Numbered from the stretch's first letter, positions 26,860-40,546 are shown. The stretch: 64,000 nt of DNA from Octopus vulgaris (GCA_951406725.2 OX597824.1:93992001-94056000), one strand, 5' to 3'. Notes: generated by a model from the letters alone, not told the origin. Program-made: numbers and translations.

Positions 26860-27348
26860 TAAAATTATTAGTATTAATCTTGAGGTCATCCACAAAACGA
26901 TTGCGAATAAGTAATAACTGTAGCAGTGGCAGACCCTAGCATATAGGAATTTGATATTTTTAGCAGGAGTGGTGACGGATTTAATGCCAAAATGAACAGA
27001 ATTCCAGAAAGACGATTTCCTTAAAGTATTTATAACACTGGAGATATTTCTTCCGCTCTCTCAGTCCTACGCGAAAGAATTGTTACCCAGGTCTTTGTGT
27101 TCCTCTCAATGGCAGCAATTAAGCTAGCAAACACATTCATCAAATGCAAACACTTCAGAAGCCAAGAGTGGAGAGTGTGTCAGATGCCTTTCCATAATTA
27201 AACCATACTGTTGGAAGACTCCTTCGGTGTGTCTTCACTTAAGACAATATAGCTTTGCTTATCAAAAGATGTTCGGCACATCTCCACCACCCACTCCTTT
27301 CCTTCTCTCTGATCATCAGTCACTATATCGATGGACTCGCAATGAGTC
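26860..27348 (-). mobile_element. Decayed non-LTR retrotransposon RT fragment (R4/Dong- or NeSL-like)
   Basis: Minus-strand pieces TVWFNYGKASDT / HSWLLKCLHLMNV / LSGILFILALNPS / FVDDLK match RT motifs DY.KAFD..H.W, LS..LF.LALNPL and F.DDLK, with frameshifts. Confidence 0.65.
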
Positions 27349-27349
27349 C

Positions 27350-27380
<31 letters not shown>

Positions 27381-27415
27381 TGTATGTATGTATGTATGTA
27401 TGTATGTATGTATGT

Positions 27416-27811
27416 ATTCTATTCTTTTTATACTTGTTTCAGTCATTTTGACTGCGGCTATGCCGGGGCACCGCCTTTAATCGAACAAATCGATCCCAAA
27501 ACTTATTCTTTGTAAGCCTAGTACTCATTCTATCGGTTTCTTTTGTCGAGCTGCAAATTTACAGGGACGTAAATACACCAGCAAGCGATGTGGTGGGAAC
27601 AAACACATACAAACAAAAATATACTCACACACACACACATATATATGTATATATATTTATATATATACGACGGGTTTCCTTCTGTTTCCGCCTACCAAAT
27701 CCACTCACAATACTTTGGTCAGCCCGAGGCTATAGTAGAAGACAAGCAGTGGGACTGAACCAAGAACCATGTGGTTGAGAAGCTTCTAACCACACAGACA
27801 TTCCTGTGCCT
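27416..27811 (-). mobile_element. SINE family B, near full length
   Basis: Reverse complement of 12687-13090 and 56910-57448. Confidence 0.8.
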
Positions 27812-27926
27812 GTATGTATGTATGTATGTATGTATAGACATCGTATATAACATATCTATACGTTATTTAAGCATTTACGTATGCGTGCGTGTGTATACAT
27901 ATATACACACATACTCGCGCAAACAT

Positions 27927-28095
27927 ATACGAGGGATACCGAAAGGTTCCTGGCTTTGGATAAAAGAAAATGCAGGAGTATCAGTTAATTATGAATTTAT
28001 TCAACATATTTCCCCTCTCAGATTCACACACTTATTGCTGCAGTACTTCAGTTTTTCTAAGCCATGTAAAAGAACTCCGAAAGTTGGGCCTCCAT
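27927..28095 (+). mobile_element. Tc1/mariner-like terminal fragment
   Basis: Starts TACGAGGG...gaaaggttcctggcttt followed by tttattcaacata, resembling mariner-type ends; recognition only. Confidence 0.45.
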
Positions 28096-28562
28096 CTCAT
28101 GTACCTAATGTGAATTTGTCTATGTTAACTACATCCCAAAGATGGAAACTTATCTCTTGTTGGAAACCGGTTCCCTCCTCAGTGGAGGATTTATAATAAT
28201 TAAAAAATAGAAGTGAATAATAGATACATACCTGCCAGCTCACGCACACTGGTACACACGGGTCCACATTCACGTATGCATATATTTGCATGCATATCAA
28301 TGAGTAGGTTTCAAAGATCCTTCTCGAAACATAAGGCCACAAGTCTGCCCCCCCCCCCCCCATTCAATCGGCGTATGGATTCTTCACATTCAGAAAATGC
28401 CGGTCCATCTCAGGCTTGTTTTTTATCTGTTAATTGGAGAAGAACGACGTGAAATAAACTGTTTTGTACAAGGACGCAACGCGTCGTTAGATCCAGGAAT
28501 CTAAGTCACAATCTTGCGGTCAAGAGCACAACACCCAAAATACAAAACAACGCCCTAGCTAT

Positions 28563-28645
<83 letters not shown>

Positions 28646-28692
28646 GTGAATTGAAGAAATGGAGCTGAACGCAGATTGAACAGAAATCGTTT

Positions 28693-28786
28693 TATTTCAT
28701 TCTACACGTGTTTCGAAAGGCACAAATTACCAAAATCCGATTGAATAATGGGACCATATTGTGTCTTTCTCTTCAGGAAGAAAATA
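28693..28786 (-). ncRNA. Mirror-image copy of the same hammerhead ribozyme
   Basis: Reverse complement of 28835-28928 within the inverted repeat. Confidence 0.78.
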
Positions 28787-28834
28787 GGAAATCCGTTGGA
28801 AAAACAAAAACAACGGTTTTTCCAACGGATTTCC

Positions 28835-28928
28835 TATTTTCTTCCTGAAGAGAAAGACACAATATGGTCCCATTATTCAATCGGATTTTGGTAATTTGTG
28901 CCTTTCGAAACACGTGTAGAATGAAATA
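28835..28928 (+). ncRNA. Type I hammerhead ribozyme, apparently intact core
   Basis: Stem I tattttcttc/gaatgaaata; CTGAAGA 28845-28851; stem II gaaagacacaa/ttgtgcctttc; GAAA 28907-28910; palindromic stem III cacgtg; predicted cleavage after GUA at 28918. Confidence 0.8.
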
Positions 28929-29212
28929 AAACGATTTCTGTTCAATCTGCGTTCAGCTCCATTTCTTCAATTCACCAATAATGTTTTAATTTCAATTATC
29001 CGCACCAACGCACGGTTGCAACACCATATGGTTGTACCTCCAACCGTGCTGTTTACTGCTGTGATTTTTGCTACTAAGGTATCGGTTAAACTTTTGTTTA
29101 ATCTACTACAAGATTATTCATCTTTCTATTTCACATAATATATATATATATATATATATATATACGCAGCAGCTGGTGTATAATAACAAGCGTACCAAAT
29201 CGCCATGATAGA

Positions 29213-29397
29213 TCGTTAGCCACTACACACATATTTTTCTCCTTGTTTCTCTCCTTGTTTTTTCTGTGTTCCTTTCTGTAGAAGAGCGTAGGCCCGAAAC
29301 GTAAAATACTTTTTTCTGTTCCTGAGCGTTATACTAATACATCTGTTTGTTTTGTACACCACCTGTCTTCGTCTTTTGTTTTTTTTTCCTTAACTCT

Positions 29398-29400
<3 letters not shown>
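29213..29400 (+). mobile_element. Solo PLE-type terminal repeat (18575 family)
   Basis: High identity to 18575-18762; followed by (TA)n. Confidence 0.7.
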
Positions 29401-29481
<81 letters not shown>

Positions 29482-29919
29482 GAAGCAAGACAGAAACAAG
29501 CAGAAGGTAAAAAAAGGAGACAAAAGAGAGAAGATGACCTACTTGTATTTAATAGATTCGTATAACATAGTAACATAGATAAAAAATATATATATGACTC
29601 TATAAATGAACCACGCATGCGGACATACATACACACACACGCCTATACACATATTTGCATGCACGCACACTCACACACACACACACATATACATGTATAC
29701 ACACATCTATATACATATGCAAATATACAATTTATGTGTTACTAAAATTGTTTTTCTCATGAATATTTTTCTTTACAAAACTAATTCCGAGTCTCCGTGT
29801 ATCCGTGTCAACGTATGTGTGTGTGTGTGCGTGTCTGTGTGTTTATGCGCGGTTATTTATAACTACCTATGCTTGTATCTATCTTTATATACACATATAT
29901 ACAACACAAATGTATATAC

Positions 29920-29960
<41 letters not shown>

Positions 29961-30498
29961 AATTGATTTACCATCGTTTAGACGAACAAGTGACTTTGCA
30001 AACACAATTTTAGAGACAGCACATAACCAACGTTCAATGACCATAATATCAATCAAAATAGACCTGACCTATCTAGTACCGTCATTTTTACTCTGCATGG
30101 GGTCGCATCTTTAATCTCTGCTCTCTTCAAATTATACCAAAGCAATATTCAAGTGTCTGCGGTGTAAGCTTAACCCCCGCTAAGTCATTCCGTTTTCCTT
30201 TATACGAGTTTGTTTTTCGATTCTTTAATATAATTGGCTGAAATAAGGAATGTATACATACGTGTGTAAGTGTGTGTCTATACAACCATGTAGACACACA
30301 CAAACGTATGTTCACCCATTTTTATACGTACATATATATACAAACACAGTCACACACGCATATATAAATGTATATATACACATATACGCACATATGTACA
30401 TTTATGTATATGTATGTATATATATATGTGTGTGTGTAGGTAAATAGATATCGACATAGTAATTTTTATATATGTGTATGTACATATGTGTGTATTTG

Positions 30499-30531
<33 letters not shown>

Positions 30532-30640
30532 TATTGTGTGTCCATATATATGTATGTATATCCATGAAATATCTATTTGTATATATTCATATATATTTAG
30601 ATATATCTAAGGAGACCGCCTATGTAGGACAAAGATTGAT

Positions 30641-30696
<56 letters not shown>

Positions 30697-31183
30697 GATT
30701 GAAAAGGGACCAAAGGAAAAAACTGAGGTGAATGGGATTACTGACAATGCCCAGTGCCATGAATTTCAACAACAATTTCTAAGAAAGTTATTCTCAATAC
30801 CATTACAGTGATAAATTCGTGGTTTATTACAGTTATCTTCGCCAAGATTGGGGAAAAAAACTGACGCCTACCGTCAGAGGTAGTCTCAGGCAATATTCCA
30901 TTCTTCTGAATGAAGAGGGCATAAATATACCATAGTTTGTGGTGGCGGGGCTTTGTTTGTGGAGAGGAAGGAGAGATTTTGCCACATGTTTCTGCCTCAT
31001 CAGACATCATCAGCTCAGCATTCTCCCTACATTGACTTCAGCTAGACATAGGACTTGGTTCTACAGAACATTCATAGCGTAGAGTAGTTTGCAGGATTAC
31101 AAAGAAAATTATATATATATATATATATATATAATTTTCTTTATAATATTATTACCTTACTTGTCTTCAGCCATAGATATATG

Positions 31184-31364
<181 letters not shown>

Positions 31365-31421
31365 ATACATACATACATACATACATACATACATACATAC
31401 ATACATACATACATACATACA

Positions 31422-31454
<33 letters not shown>

Positions 31455-31519
31455 CTATGGCTGAAGACAAGTAAGGTAATAATATTATTAAATTATTAAT
31501 GACTTCGAAAATGTGGAAA

Positions 31520-31622
31520 AATAGTGCTGATGAGGATCGCACTCAAAAATTTTAATTAAATTCATTTTCGTAATTAATATATTTGATTTGTTGAGTTAAC
31601 CCCGAAACTATACGACACTATT
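31520..31622 (+). ncRNA. Hammerhead ribozyme relic
   Basis: 7-bp stem I aatagtg/cactatt encloses CTGATGA-gg..actcaa/ttgagt..cc-cGAAA-ctatacga; the cleavage triplet is degenerate. Confidence 0.6.
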
Positions 31623-31770
31623 AACTCGTAGCTATTTAAAAATTATTATTTATATTTGTCGTGCCTGAATACAGCCGAATTTCGAATCAAGGAAATATAC
31701 CGATGTTTTATGAAACATCTATTTTTCAACACATTAGGAGACAGAAAGTTTCTTTCTCTCTTCTCTTCTC

Positions 31771-31833
<63 letters not shown>

Positions 31834-31835
31834 AA

Positions 31836-31873
<38 letters not shown>

Positions 31874-31929
31874 AAGAAATTTACTGCGTAAAGGTCAATA
31901 CGAAGAGTACTCCGTCCCATGAAAGTTCA

Positions 31930-32010
31930 GTATTACTAAACGTTTCAGCTACATGTACTTATCACTCTACCAATAGTCTCCCCGTACATGTTTACTTTCA
32001 TCAGGCGTAC
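31930..32010 (-). ncRNA. Hammerhead ribozyme-like motif
   Basis: Minus strand CTGATGA-aagtaa-acatgtac...gtacatgt-agct-GAAA-cg-TT; stem I is weak. Confidence 0.5.
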
Positions 32011-32020
32011 ATTAATCAGG

Positions 32021-32084
<64 letters not shown>

Positions 32085-32461
32085 AATTAATAAATAAATA
32101 AAACATATGCATATATACATACATATATATATGTACCTACCTCTACATGTATATATACATGCATATATGGGTACAGGACACCCAAAAAACGTCGAACATA
32201 ATGAGAAACGAAAACATAAACACAAAACGAAGGAAATGGACATTTTTTTAAAACAACGAAAAAATAGAATACAGAACATACAAAACAAGGAAAATTCCCC
32301 TTCTTCAGTCGCCCTAATTTCATCTATTCCACGTTTCGAAGGTCAAGGCGATACATGACTTCAATGAAATTTTCCTTCCCACTAAAATCAAATTAAATAA
32401 AATTTGAGATTTTTTGCGGAAAGGTAAAATGGTAACAACAACATCATTTGCCTAACATTTA

Positions 32462-32526
<65 letters not shown>

Positions 32527-32693
32527 GAGTAAATGTTAGGCAAATGATGAACAAATTAGGCAAGTCGATATAAGAAAATGTTAAATGCATCTGACAAAAC
32601 AATGTACATATGTTTACATATAAGAAGGTCCGACTTACGCAGAATAGAAATGATACCCAGGAGTGAAAGGTGGGGTGAATAAGAGTTTTACGA

Positions 32694-32787
32694 GTCCACC
32701 AGCTGTTTCAGGGGGCTTGGTGGTCCAAAATAATGATTGTAAATTGATTCCATCATCGGATAGTACCTCCCTCCGTCTTCAGGGACA
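32694..32787 (-). ncRNA. Hammerhead ribozyme relic
   Basis: Minus strand gtcc-CTGAAGA-cggaggg...ccccct-GAAA-cagctg-gt-ggac; stem I gtcc/ggac, palindromic stem III, conserved U replaced by G. Confidence 0.55.
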
Positions 32788-32844
32788 TGTAATCTGCCTG
32801 CAGATTACATCTCTCTACTCCAGCTTATAATATTAATTCTCACT

Positions 32845-33150
32845 CCGTCGGTTACTACGACGAATCTTCTAGCTGCTGCGATCAATAGAACAGCCTTCTC
32901 GTGAAATTAACGTACAAGTGGCAGAGCACCACTCTTCAGGCACGCAAACCTTAGCGTAGTTCTCAGGGAGATTCAGCCTGACACAGAATGCGACCAGGAT
33001 GTGCCTTTCAATTATAGGTAATTTTGCCAGTTTAATGAACTGCAGCAACGTGAAATAAAGTTTTCTTGCTCAAGGACACAACTTGCAGAGACGGGTCTCG
33101 AACCCACGACAATACGATCGTAAGCCAAATACACCTAACCGCTAAGCCTA
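32845..33150 (-). mobile_element. tRNA-derived SINE (3' part like family C, central part like family D)
   Basis: Minus-strand head ggcttagcggttagg...ggttcgagaccc; shares gcaacgtgaaataaag...cttgctcaaggacacaac with 2985-3308. Confidence 0.7.
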
Positions 33151-33456
33151 TACTGCTAGTTTGTTGTATTGCATTAGTTCCCTAAGGTACCACTTTAGGT
33201 CACTAAAGGGCCAATCCGACGCATTCAAAATCACACATTATTGCTTCACTTTTCACAGAGTCGTTTAAATGCAATGAGCTTAGGAACGCAGGTGGCACCG
33301 CAAGAATGGCAGTAAATAGTGAAGTTTAGCAAAATGTTTTATTCGTATGTATCTATGTGCGTGTGTGCGTCTGTGTATGTATATAATATATATATATATA
33401 CATGTATACATATATATATATATGCATATACAGATGTATGTTTATATATACACATA

Positions 33457-33496
<40 letters not shown>

Positions 33497-33687
33497 CATG
33501 CATACATATATATATAAATATTCATATATACACATACACATATACATATACACACACAAACATATATATATATATATACATATATGCATATATATATGCA
33601 TATATATTCATATTTATATACACACACACATGTATATACACACATACATGTATATACACACACACGTATGTATATATATATATATAC

Positions 33688-33747
<60 letters not shown>

Positions 33748-33778
33748 ATAAATGTATTATGTGTATAAATATATGCTC

Positions 33779-33828
<50 letters not shown>

Positions 33829-34547
33829 TTGTATGTATGTGCGTACTTGTATGCGTATGATTGCGTATACAACGCAGCAAGTGCAACCATGAATGTGTTG
33901 CCTAGTTATGTACAACAGCGTAAGTCTCTATGTTCGTCTCGTTGTGGATGTGGACGAAGGTGGGTTTCATCACAGAGACTGTTTATGACTCCCAGCAAAT
34001 GTTTACGACTGAACAACTGGTGTTTTACTCTGTATATTTTTTGCATTCATGTGTCTATGTTTATGTTAACGTCTAAGCGAAGATATGTTTTTTGGCGCAA
34101 CTGTTATTCCATAATTTACTACCAGTACTTTCTGCTCAACAACTCCACTAAATCACCTCCTTAACTTGATTATAACTAATTTATCAAATTGTCTGACTTT
34201 GTCATAACGCCACTAGATATTCTTCAGTATAAATATATCGTACTATAGTGATCTTTATTGTAAAATATTCTCGTATTGTATTACTACGATTTATAATCAT
34301 GTTGTCTGCTTTCTATGAGGGCGAGTGGCAGAGTGGTTAGGGTGCTGACCAGTTGGAAATTTCTACTAATTTCGCTCAGTTATCACGGAAGGACTTAGAA
34401 CTTAATACTTTTTTATGACTGCATTCTATGACCCGTCGTAACGTTTCTGTTTAGATTATAATTTATCGTGGTTTCGATTCCAGGATAGGGCGATATGTTG
34501 TGCTCTTGGGCGAAACACTTCATTACAGGCTGCCCTGCGATTACTCA

Positions 34548-35060
34548 GATATCTGAGATGTGGTACATGTGTGTACATGAGGTGTGGTACACCTGTGTAC
34601 TTGAGGTGTGGTACACCTGTGTACATGAGGTGTGGTACACCTGTGTACCTGAGGTGTGGTACACCTGTGTACCTGAGGTGTGGTACACCTGTGTACTTGA
34701 GGTGTGGTACACCTGTGTACCGGAGGTGTGGTACACCTGTGTACTTGAGGTGTGGTACATCTGTGGACCTGAGGTGTGGTACACCTGTGTATCTGAGATG
34801 TGGTACTCCTGTGTACCTGAGGTGTGGTACACCTGTGTACCTAAGGTGTGGTACACTTGTGTATTTGAGGTGTGGTACACCTGTGTACATGAGGTGTGGT
34901 ACACCTGTGTACCTGAGGTGTGGTACACCTGTGTACCTGAGGTGTGGTACACCTGTGTATTTGAGGTGTGGTACACCTGTGTACATGAGGTGTGGTACAC
35001 CTGTGTACCTAAGGAGTGGTACACCTGTGTATACCTGAGGTGTGGTATACCTATGTACCT
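34548..35060. repeat. 24-bp minisatellite, about 21 copies (gaggtgtggtacacctgtgtacct)
   Basis: Direct periodicity; 8-aa repeats in the ORF track; sits just downstream of a SINE-like head (ggtttcgattcc near 34470). Confidence 0.95.
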
Positions 35061-35651
35061 TGATGGAGTAAGTGGGCTAATGTGCAGCGCAAACATTTGA
35101 TCACTATAAACAATTTATCTGTACAGGTTGTTCAGCTAGAATTTGTAGAATTCCCTTCTGTCATCTCCGATAGGAGAGTCCACGTGTGAGGAGTCAGAAC
35201 CTACGACGAGTGAGACATACGATGAGGATACCATATCCATGTTGAAATGGGCTTTGAGCTGCTGCTCCATGTCACCCAGAACGTAACGTTTAGGTCCTCG
35301 CTTAAATTTCGCTATTTATAAAACTATTAGCTTTCAGTGGCGCATGGTGGTTATTGTATTGGTTGTGACAGCACAACCAATGACACCAAATGTCAATCAA
35401 AGGTATAACAAAAGTTTTCCATTAAGATGTGTGATATTTATAATGAAGTTGCCATTTTTGATGGGTGTGCACTATTCACCTAGCACATCAGGAATATACG
35501 CCCTTGTTAGCTTTCCCTGTCGGGGCCCCGGATTTTGACTTGTATACTATACAGGACTGATGCTTTACAGAATTATATTCTAGTGCATTGGACGTTCTTT
35601 AAAGTAATGTCCTCTGTCAGTTTATTTACATTCCTATATCATATCGGACTT

Positions 35652-35845
35652 AAGGCGGCGAGATGGCACGGTGGAAAAAATGCTTAGAAGCGATTTTTAC
35701 TGGCTCTTCGCGTTCTGAGTTCGTATCTCACCAAAGTCAACATTGCTTTTCATTCCTTCAGGTTCGATAAAATTAAGTTACAGTCAAGCGCTATTGTGAA
35801 TGTTATCGATTGTCCCCTAAGTTCAAAAGTTGCTGGCCTTAAAAC
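35652..35845 (+). mobile_element. SINE family A copy (diverged)
   Basis: aaggcggcgagatggc head and ttcgataaaattaagt core. Confidence 0.65.
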
Positions 35846-36328
35846 CAACAACAGACCAGTGTCCCTTTCAAGGACTATGTTGTGATCTCGGATTACTTAA
35901 ATTCTATGGAAACTGGATAACAAACAGGCCGTATGATTAACCAAATGATCTATTAGTTAACTGTTTCAATAGCTTGCCAATTGTCAATAAAACAGAAGTA
36001 AAATTGAACCAGTGAGTGTATTTACTTTTGGCAATTGAACCAGTGAGTGTATTTACTATCTCCCGAGATAGGACAAAATATGTTTTAATGTACGCGCTCA
36101 CATCAAGAATCTTGCAAACTAAATACAAAAACGAAAAATAAGTCCAAAACAACAACAGTCTACGAACATGAAATCTTAGACTCACATATGTTCTGATGCT
36201 GCGAGCACCAAATAACAGGAAGCGAAGTAAGTAAACAAAAATGTCATCAGTTCAACGCCAAACACATACAAAAATACATACAGATCTTGATACGTGTGTA
36301 TGCATGTATGTATGTATATGTATATATG

Positions 36329-36362
<34 letters not shown>

Positions 36363-36466
36363 TGTACGCACATATACATATATAAACATGCAAATATATA
36401 TACATATATATATACATACATATATATAAGTGTATACATATACATATGTATATCTGTATATATGTA

Positions 36467-36513
<47 letters not shown>

Positions 36514-36622
36514 GCATGTATATATATATATGTGTGTGTGTGTATGTATATATGGATATAAATATGTATATATATATATATGTATATATATATGTATATA
36601 TATGTATATATATATGTATATA

Positions 36623-36678
<56 letters not shown>

Positions 36679-36954
36679 CATATATATGTATATATGTATA
36701 TATATATAGCTATGTCTATATGTATAAATATATAAATAAAAATATATATATACATATGTATGTATGTATGCATGTATGTACGTATGTATGTATGTTTGTA
36801 TGTATATATGTTTGTATGTATGGTTGTATATATATATATATATACTTCAGATTCATAAACATGCTATTCGCAATATTATTGAAGATGTCTACTCCTGCTA
36901 TTTGATATCTTGTCCTATCTTATTGTCTTCACTCTTCTTTTCTTTCTATTTAAG

Positions 36955-37146
36955 GTGGATGGTATTGTCTTAAACACGGGTCGAGATGTTACTTTGAATT
37001 TACTGGAATCAAAGTCCAATTGTATATCAATACTAACCGGTCCAATATCCTATCGATATAGAGTGTCCCAACTGAAGATACATTTCGGTACCCTAGATTC
37101 TAGTGGCTCAGAACATACCATTAGTGGCCAATATTTTACAGCTGAG
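36955..37146 (+). CDS. Carbonic anhydrase-related protein (CA10/CARP-like), internal coding exon A (192 bp, phase 0-0)
   Basis: Pyrimidine tract plus AAG acceptor (36952-36954) and GTGAGT donor (37147). Translates VDGIVLNTGRDVTLNLLESKSNCISILTGPISYRYRVSQLKIHFGTLDSSGSEHTISGQYFTAE, matching alpha-CA/CA10 motifs NTGR, GP.SY.Y, HFG, GSEH. Confidence 0.93.
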
Positions 37147-37416
37147 GTGAGTAGCGTATTTTCTCTATTTTCCTATGTTTCTTAATGTTAGTTCAAAATA
37201 AAGTATTGTACACGACGATATGATATATGGATAATATCTTGGAATGTTACTGATTGTTGGTCAGGCTCTCTATGCACTGTGAACGATAAATAATACAAAT
37301 GGTGGAGTTACCAGAGCCATTGATAAAACAATAGACATATCTGCATCATGTAGTGTCTATATTCTTCCAATTCTCTCTTCTCTTTCTTTCTGTTTGTATT
37401 TTTATTCTGGAATAGG

Positions 37417-37469
<53 letters not shown>

Positions 37470-37484
37470 ACACAAACACATGTG

Positions 37485-37720
37485 TAACCGTTAATCCAGA
37501 CAAGTTTTCTTTTCTCTCCGTTTCTTTCCCATCTCACCAATTCTTTTTTTCCTCATTCCTTTCTGTCAAAGCTCATAGGCTCGAAACGTCAAGGACTTCT
37601 TCTACTTCTCCTGAGCGTCAAACTAATACACCTTGTTTGGTGTTCACCTGTCTCTGTCTTCTGTTTTGTTTTGTTTTTTGTTTTTTTTGTTTGCTTATTT
37701 TCTGTTGTATAAATTTTGAA
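37485..37720 (+). mobile_element. Solo PLE-type terminal repeat (18575 family)
   Basis: ttctgtcaaagctcataggctcgaaacgtcaaggac...ctaatacaccttgtttgg. Confidence 0.6.
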
Positions 37721-38229
37721 CCATATGAAATATACGTTGACGTGGCCACCCCAGTTTGATTCTGATAGACTGGACTTTCTTCCCTCTTGGACCCTCTTCT
37801 TGTTTCTTGCATTCTCGTACCTTTGCCAACTCTCCTGAACCATTCTACCAATATTCCACTCGGATTACCATTGGAACTGTTGTTCATATATGTGTGTGAG
37901 TGTGTATGGAGCCTTGGATCTAGGTTAGTAACCGGTTCATTCTCTATTTTCAAGAAATCTTGAAATAAACTGAATAACGACATGCATACAGATGTATTTA
38001 TGTATGTGTATAGTTTGCGTCTATCAGATGCACCCACAATGCAATGGTCGGCCGGACCGAGGATATAGTGGAAGACAATTCCCTCTAGCGGAATTCTCCG
38101 CACATTAGGTTTAAATCTGAAACCACGTGCTTGTAAAGCGAACTTCTTAACTTCAAAGCCATGCCTACACTATTAGACATCCCTCTCCTCACATATTCAC
38201 GACACCAATCACGCACTCCGTCTGTTTAA

Positions 38230-39100
38230 CTCCTTCTCCTTACCTTCTGTCCCCACAACGAAGGCCTTCGTGCACTAAAACACTTTCTTGACCTTCAACT
38301 AGACCCTCAGCCCGATACTTCCACACTTTTTCCTTTGGCCGAACTAGTCCTCTCACTCAAAAGCTTCTCGTTCACGGGGAAGTTTTACCAATATTTATAG
38401 GGAGTGGCCAAGGGAACGAGAATGGGACCCAAATATGCGAATCTGTTCGTTGGCTTTGTTGATGCCCGATAATTCTCACAATTCACTTGTTCCACACCCA
38501 ACATATACGGTCGCTATATCGATGACTGTATCAGCGCAACCTCACTCACCAGCGAACATCTTGTCTACTTCCCCTCCTTCGTCCAATCTTTCCATTCTGC
38601 CCTCGAGTTCTCCTGTACTGTCTCTAATTCTTCCGTCGAATTTCTCAACATTTCTGTTAAGATACATCACTCTGCTCTCAGCACCTCTACCCACCACAAA
38701 CACACTGACTCACATACTTACCTTAACCTCTCCTCCTGCCGCCCTATCCACACCAACCTATCCATCACCTAACCCCACCTCTTCCCTCTACGCCGGCTTC
38801 AATTACAAACATGAAATTGAGACCCAGTCTCAACCCAAGGCTCGGCACTTCAGCCTAAGTGGATATCCCCTCACCATTATCCACACAACCCTTCCCGGGA
38901 ACCATCGGCGGGCCATTTGTTTCTCTCCGTTTATTTCATTCTTTCTCTGTTTTTTTTTTCCTCACAGTCCTTTCTGTCGAAGAGCGTAGGCTCAAAAACT
39001 AAAAGACTCTTCCATTCTTCTCGAGCGTTAAAACAATACACCTGCTTGTTGTTCCTACACCTGTCTTCGTCTTGGGTTTTCTGTAAATTTGAACTATATA
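38230..39100 (+). mobile_element. Penelope-like element remnant: RT fragment plus 3' terminal repeat
   Basis: Frame reads PHNEGLRALKHFLD...LAELVLSLKSFSFTGKFYQYL*GVAKGTRMGPKYANLFVGFV..*...YGRYIDDCI (PLE RT motifs G.AMG..MGP.YANLF and RYIDD); terminal repeat at 38915-39100. Confidence 0.88.
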
Positions 39101-40355
39101 TAGTTCCAACTAACTCTGATTGAAAAAGCTAATTTTCCAAATGGTCAGTTTTTTTAGTGCATTTAACAAGGCTGATGGACAATTTTCAGCCTTAACACGA
39201 ATGGATATTTTGCAATCGCTAGATATATTACATAGATAGATATTTATCCACATATATTCTGTCTTCAAATATATATATACATATATATATATAAATATGT
39301 TCCGTTAAAACATTTCGTTACAGCCAACAGATAACATTATTTTCTCAACTCAATTCCAAAAAGAATTGGCAGCTGGACTGTTATTTGCTCTGGTTAAATG
39401 GGATGTGTTTTTTGTGTGTTCAGCCATAAGTGCAGAGGAATATGTGGTCGTTTGAAAGTTCTAAGCGCAAGCATTTGGTTCCAGGTTCGATTCCAATGCG
39501 TGGCACTTTGAGCAAGTGTCTTCTACTTAAAACCTGAGTTGGGAACAACTTTGCCAGTCGAACAATGCTCTGAACTCCGTCGTACACGCATATGCACTAC
39601 TCACACGCACATCTATGCTCACATACACACACATGCACACACACACATAGATACACATACATATATACATACATATATGAACGCACACACATACATACAT
39701 GCATACATACATACGCACACACAAACACACAAATAATGCACGTATACATTTATAACATTTTTTAATGTCATAACATTAAAAAACAGATTTTCTTGAAATA
39801 AAAGTTTTTAATTATATAAAAATCTAAACTATTTAAATTTTCTAAACGTAATTAACCATTTATTATTTAAGAAAATCATTTTCTCAAATATACATACAGA
39901 TATGCATGTGTGTATACGTATATGTATGTGTATATGTATGTATGTTCGTATATACGTATGTATGTATGTACGTATATACGTATGTATGTATGTACGTATA
40001 TACGTATGTATGTACGTATATACGTATGTATGCATGTATGATTGCAAATATACATGTATGTATGTATGTATGTATGTATGTATGTATGTATGTATGTATG
40101 TATGTATGTATGTATGTATGTATATATGTATGTATGTATATTATAGTACGTCGGTTTGGTCGCCGACAACCCGACCATGCAACAGGTTGTACTGGACTCC
40201 ATATTACCAGTAACATTTATGAGAACCTCATAAGTGACCTTACTAAACCGACACCCCCACTAGGCTATGCTGGTGCTGAGGTTTGCTAGAAACCCAGCAG
40301 GATTAAAAAACAAGACCTGTTGAAAGGTCGGATGAAGCTAGTGCAGGCTCAACAG

Positions 40356-40483
<128 letters not shown>

Positions 40484-40489
40484 ATAGAT

Positions 40490-40546
<57 letters not shown>

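Larger units (their letters stand above)
28641..28980. repeat. Apparently perfect inverted repeat, 165-bp arms (28641-28805 / 28816-28980) with 10-nt spacer; inverted PLE terminal repeat inserted in (TA)n (element extends to about 29137)
   Basis: Arms compared by eye with no mismatch found; (TA)n on both sides of the whole element. Confidence 0.92.

Noticed and set aside
30978-31010. Minus-strand CTGATGA-ggca-GAAA-catgtg hammerhead-like string
   Set aside because: No stem II, G at the cleavage position and only a 3-bp stem I; compatible with chance.
34456-35100. Repeat-protein ORFs (YTGVPHLR / VWYTCVPE / CGTPVYLR)
   Set aside because: Open in four frames on both strands because of the 24-bp unit; no splice or homology support.
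38435-38989. 184-aa Ser/Pro/Thr-rich ORF
   Set aside because: Alternate frame of the decayed PLE RT fragment.
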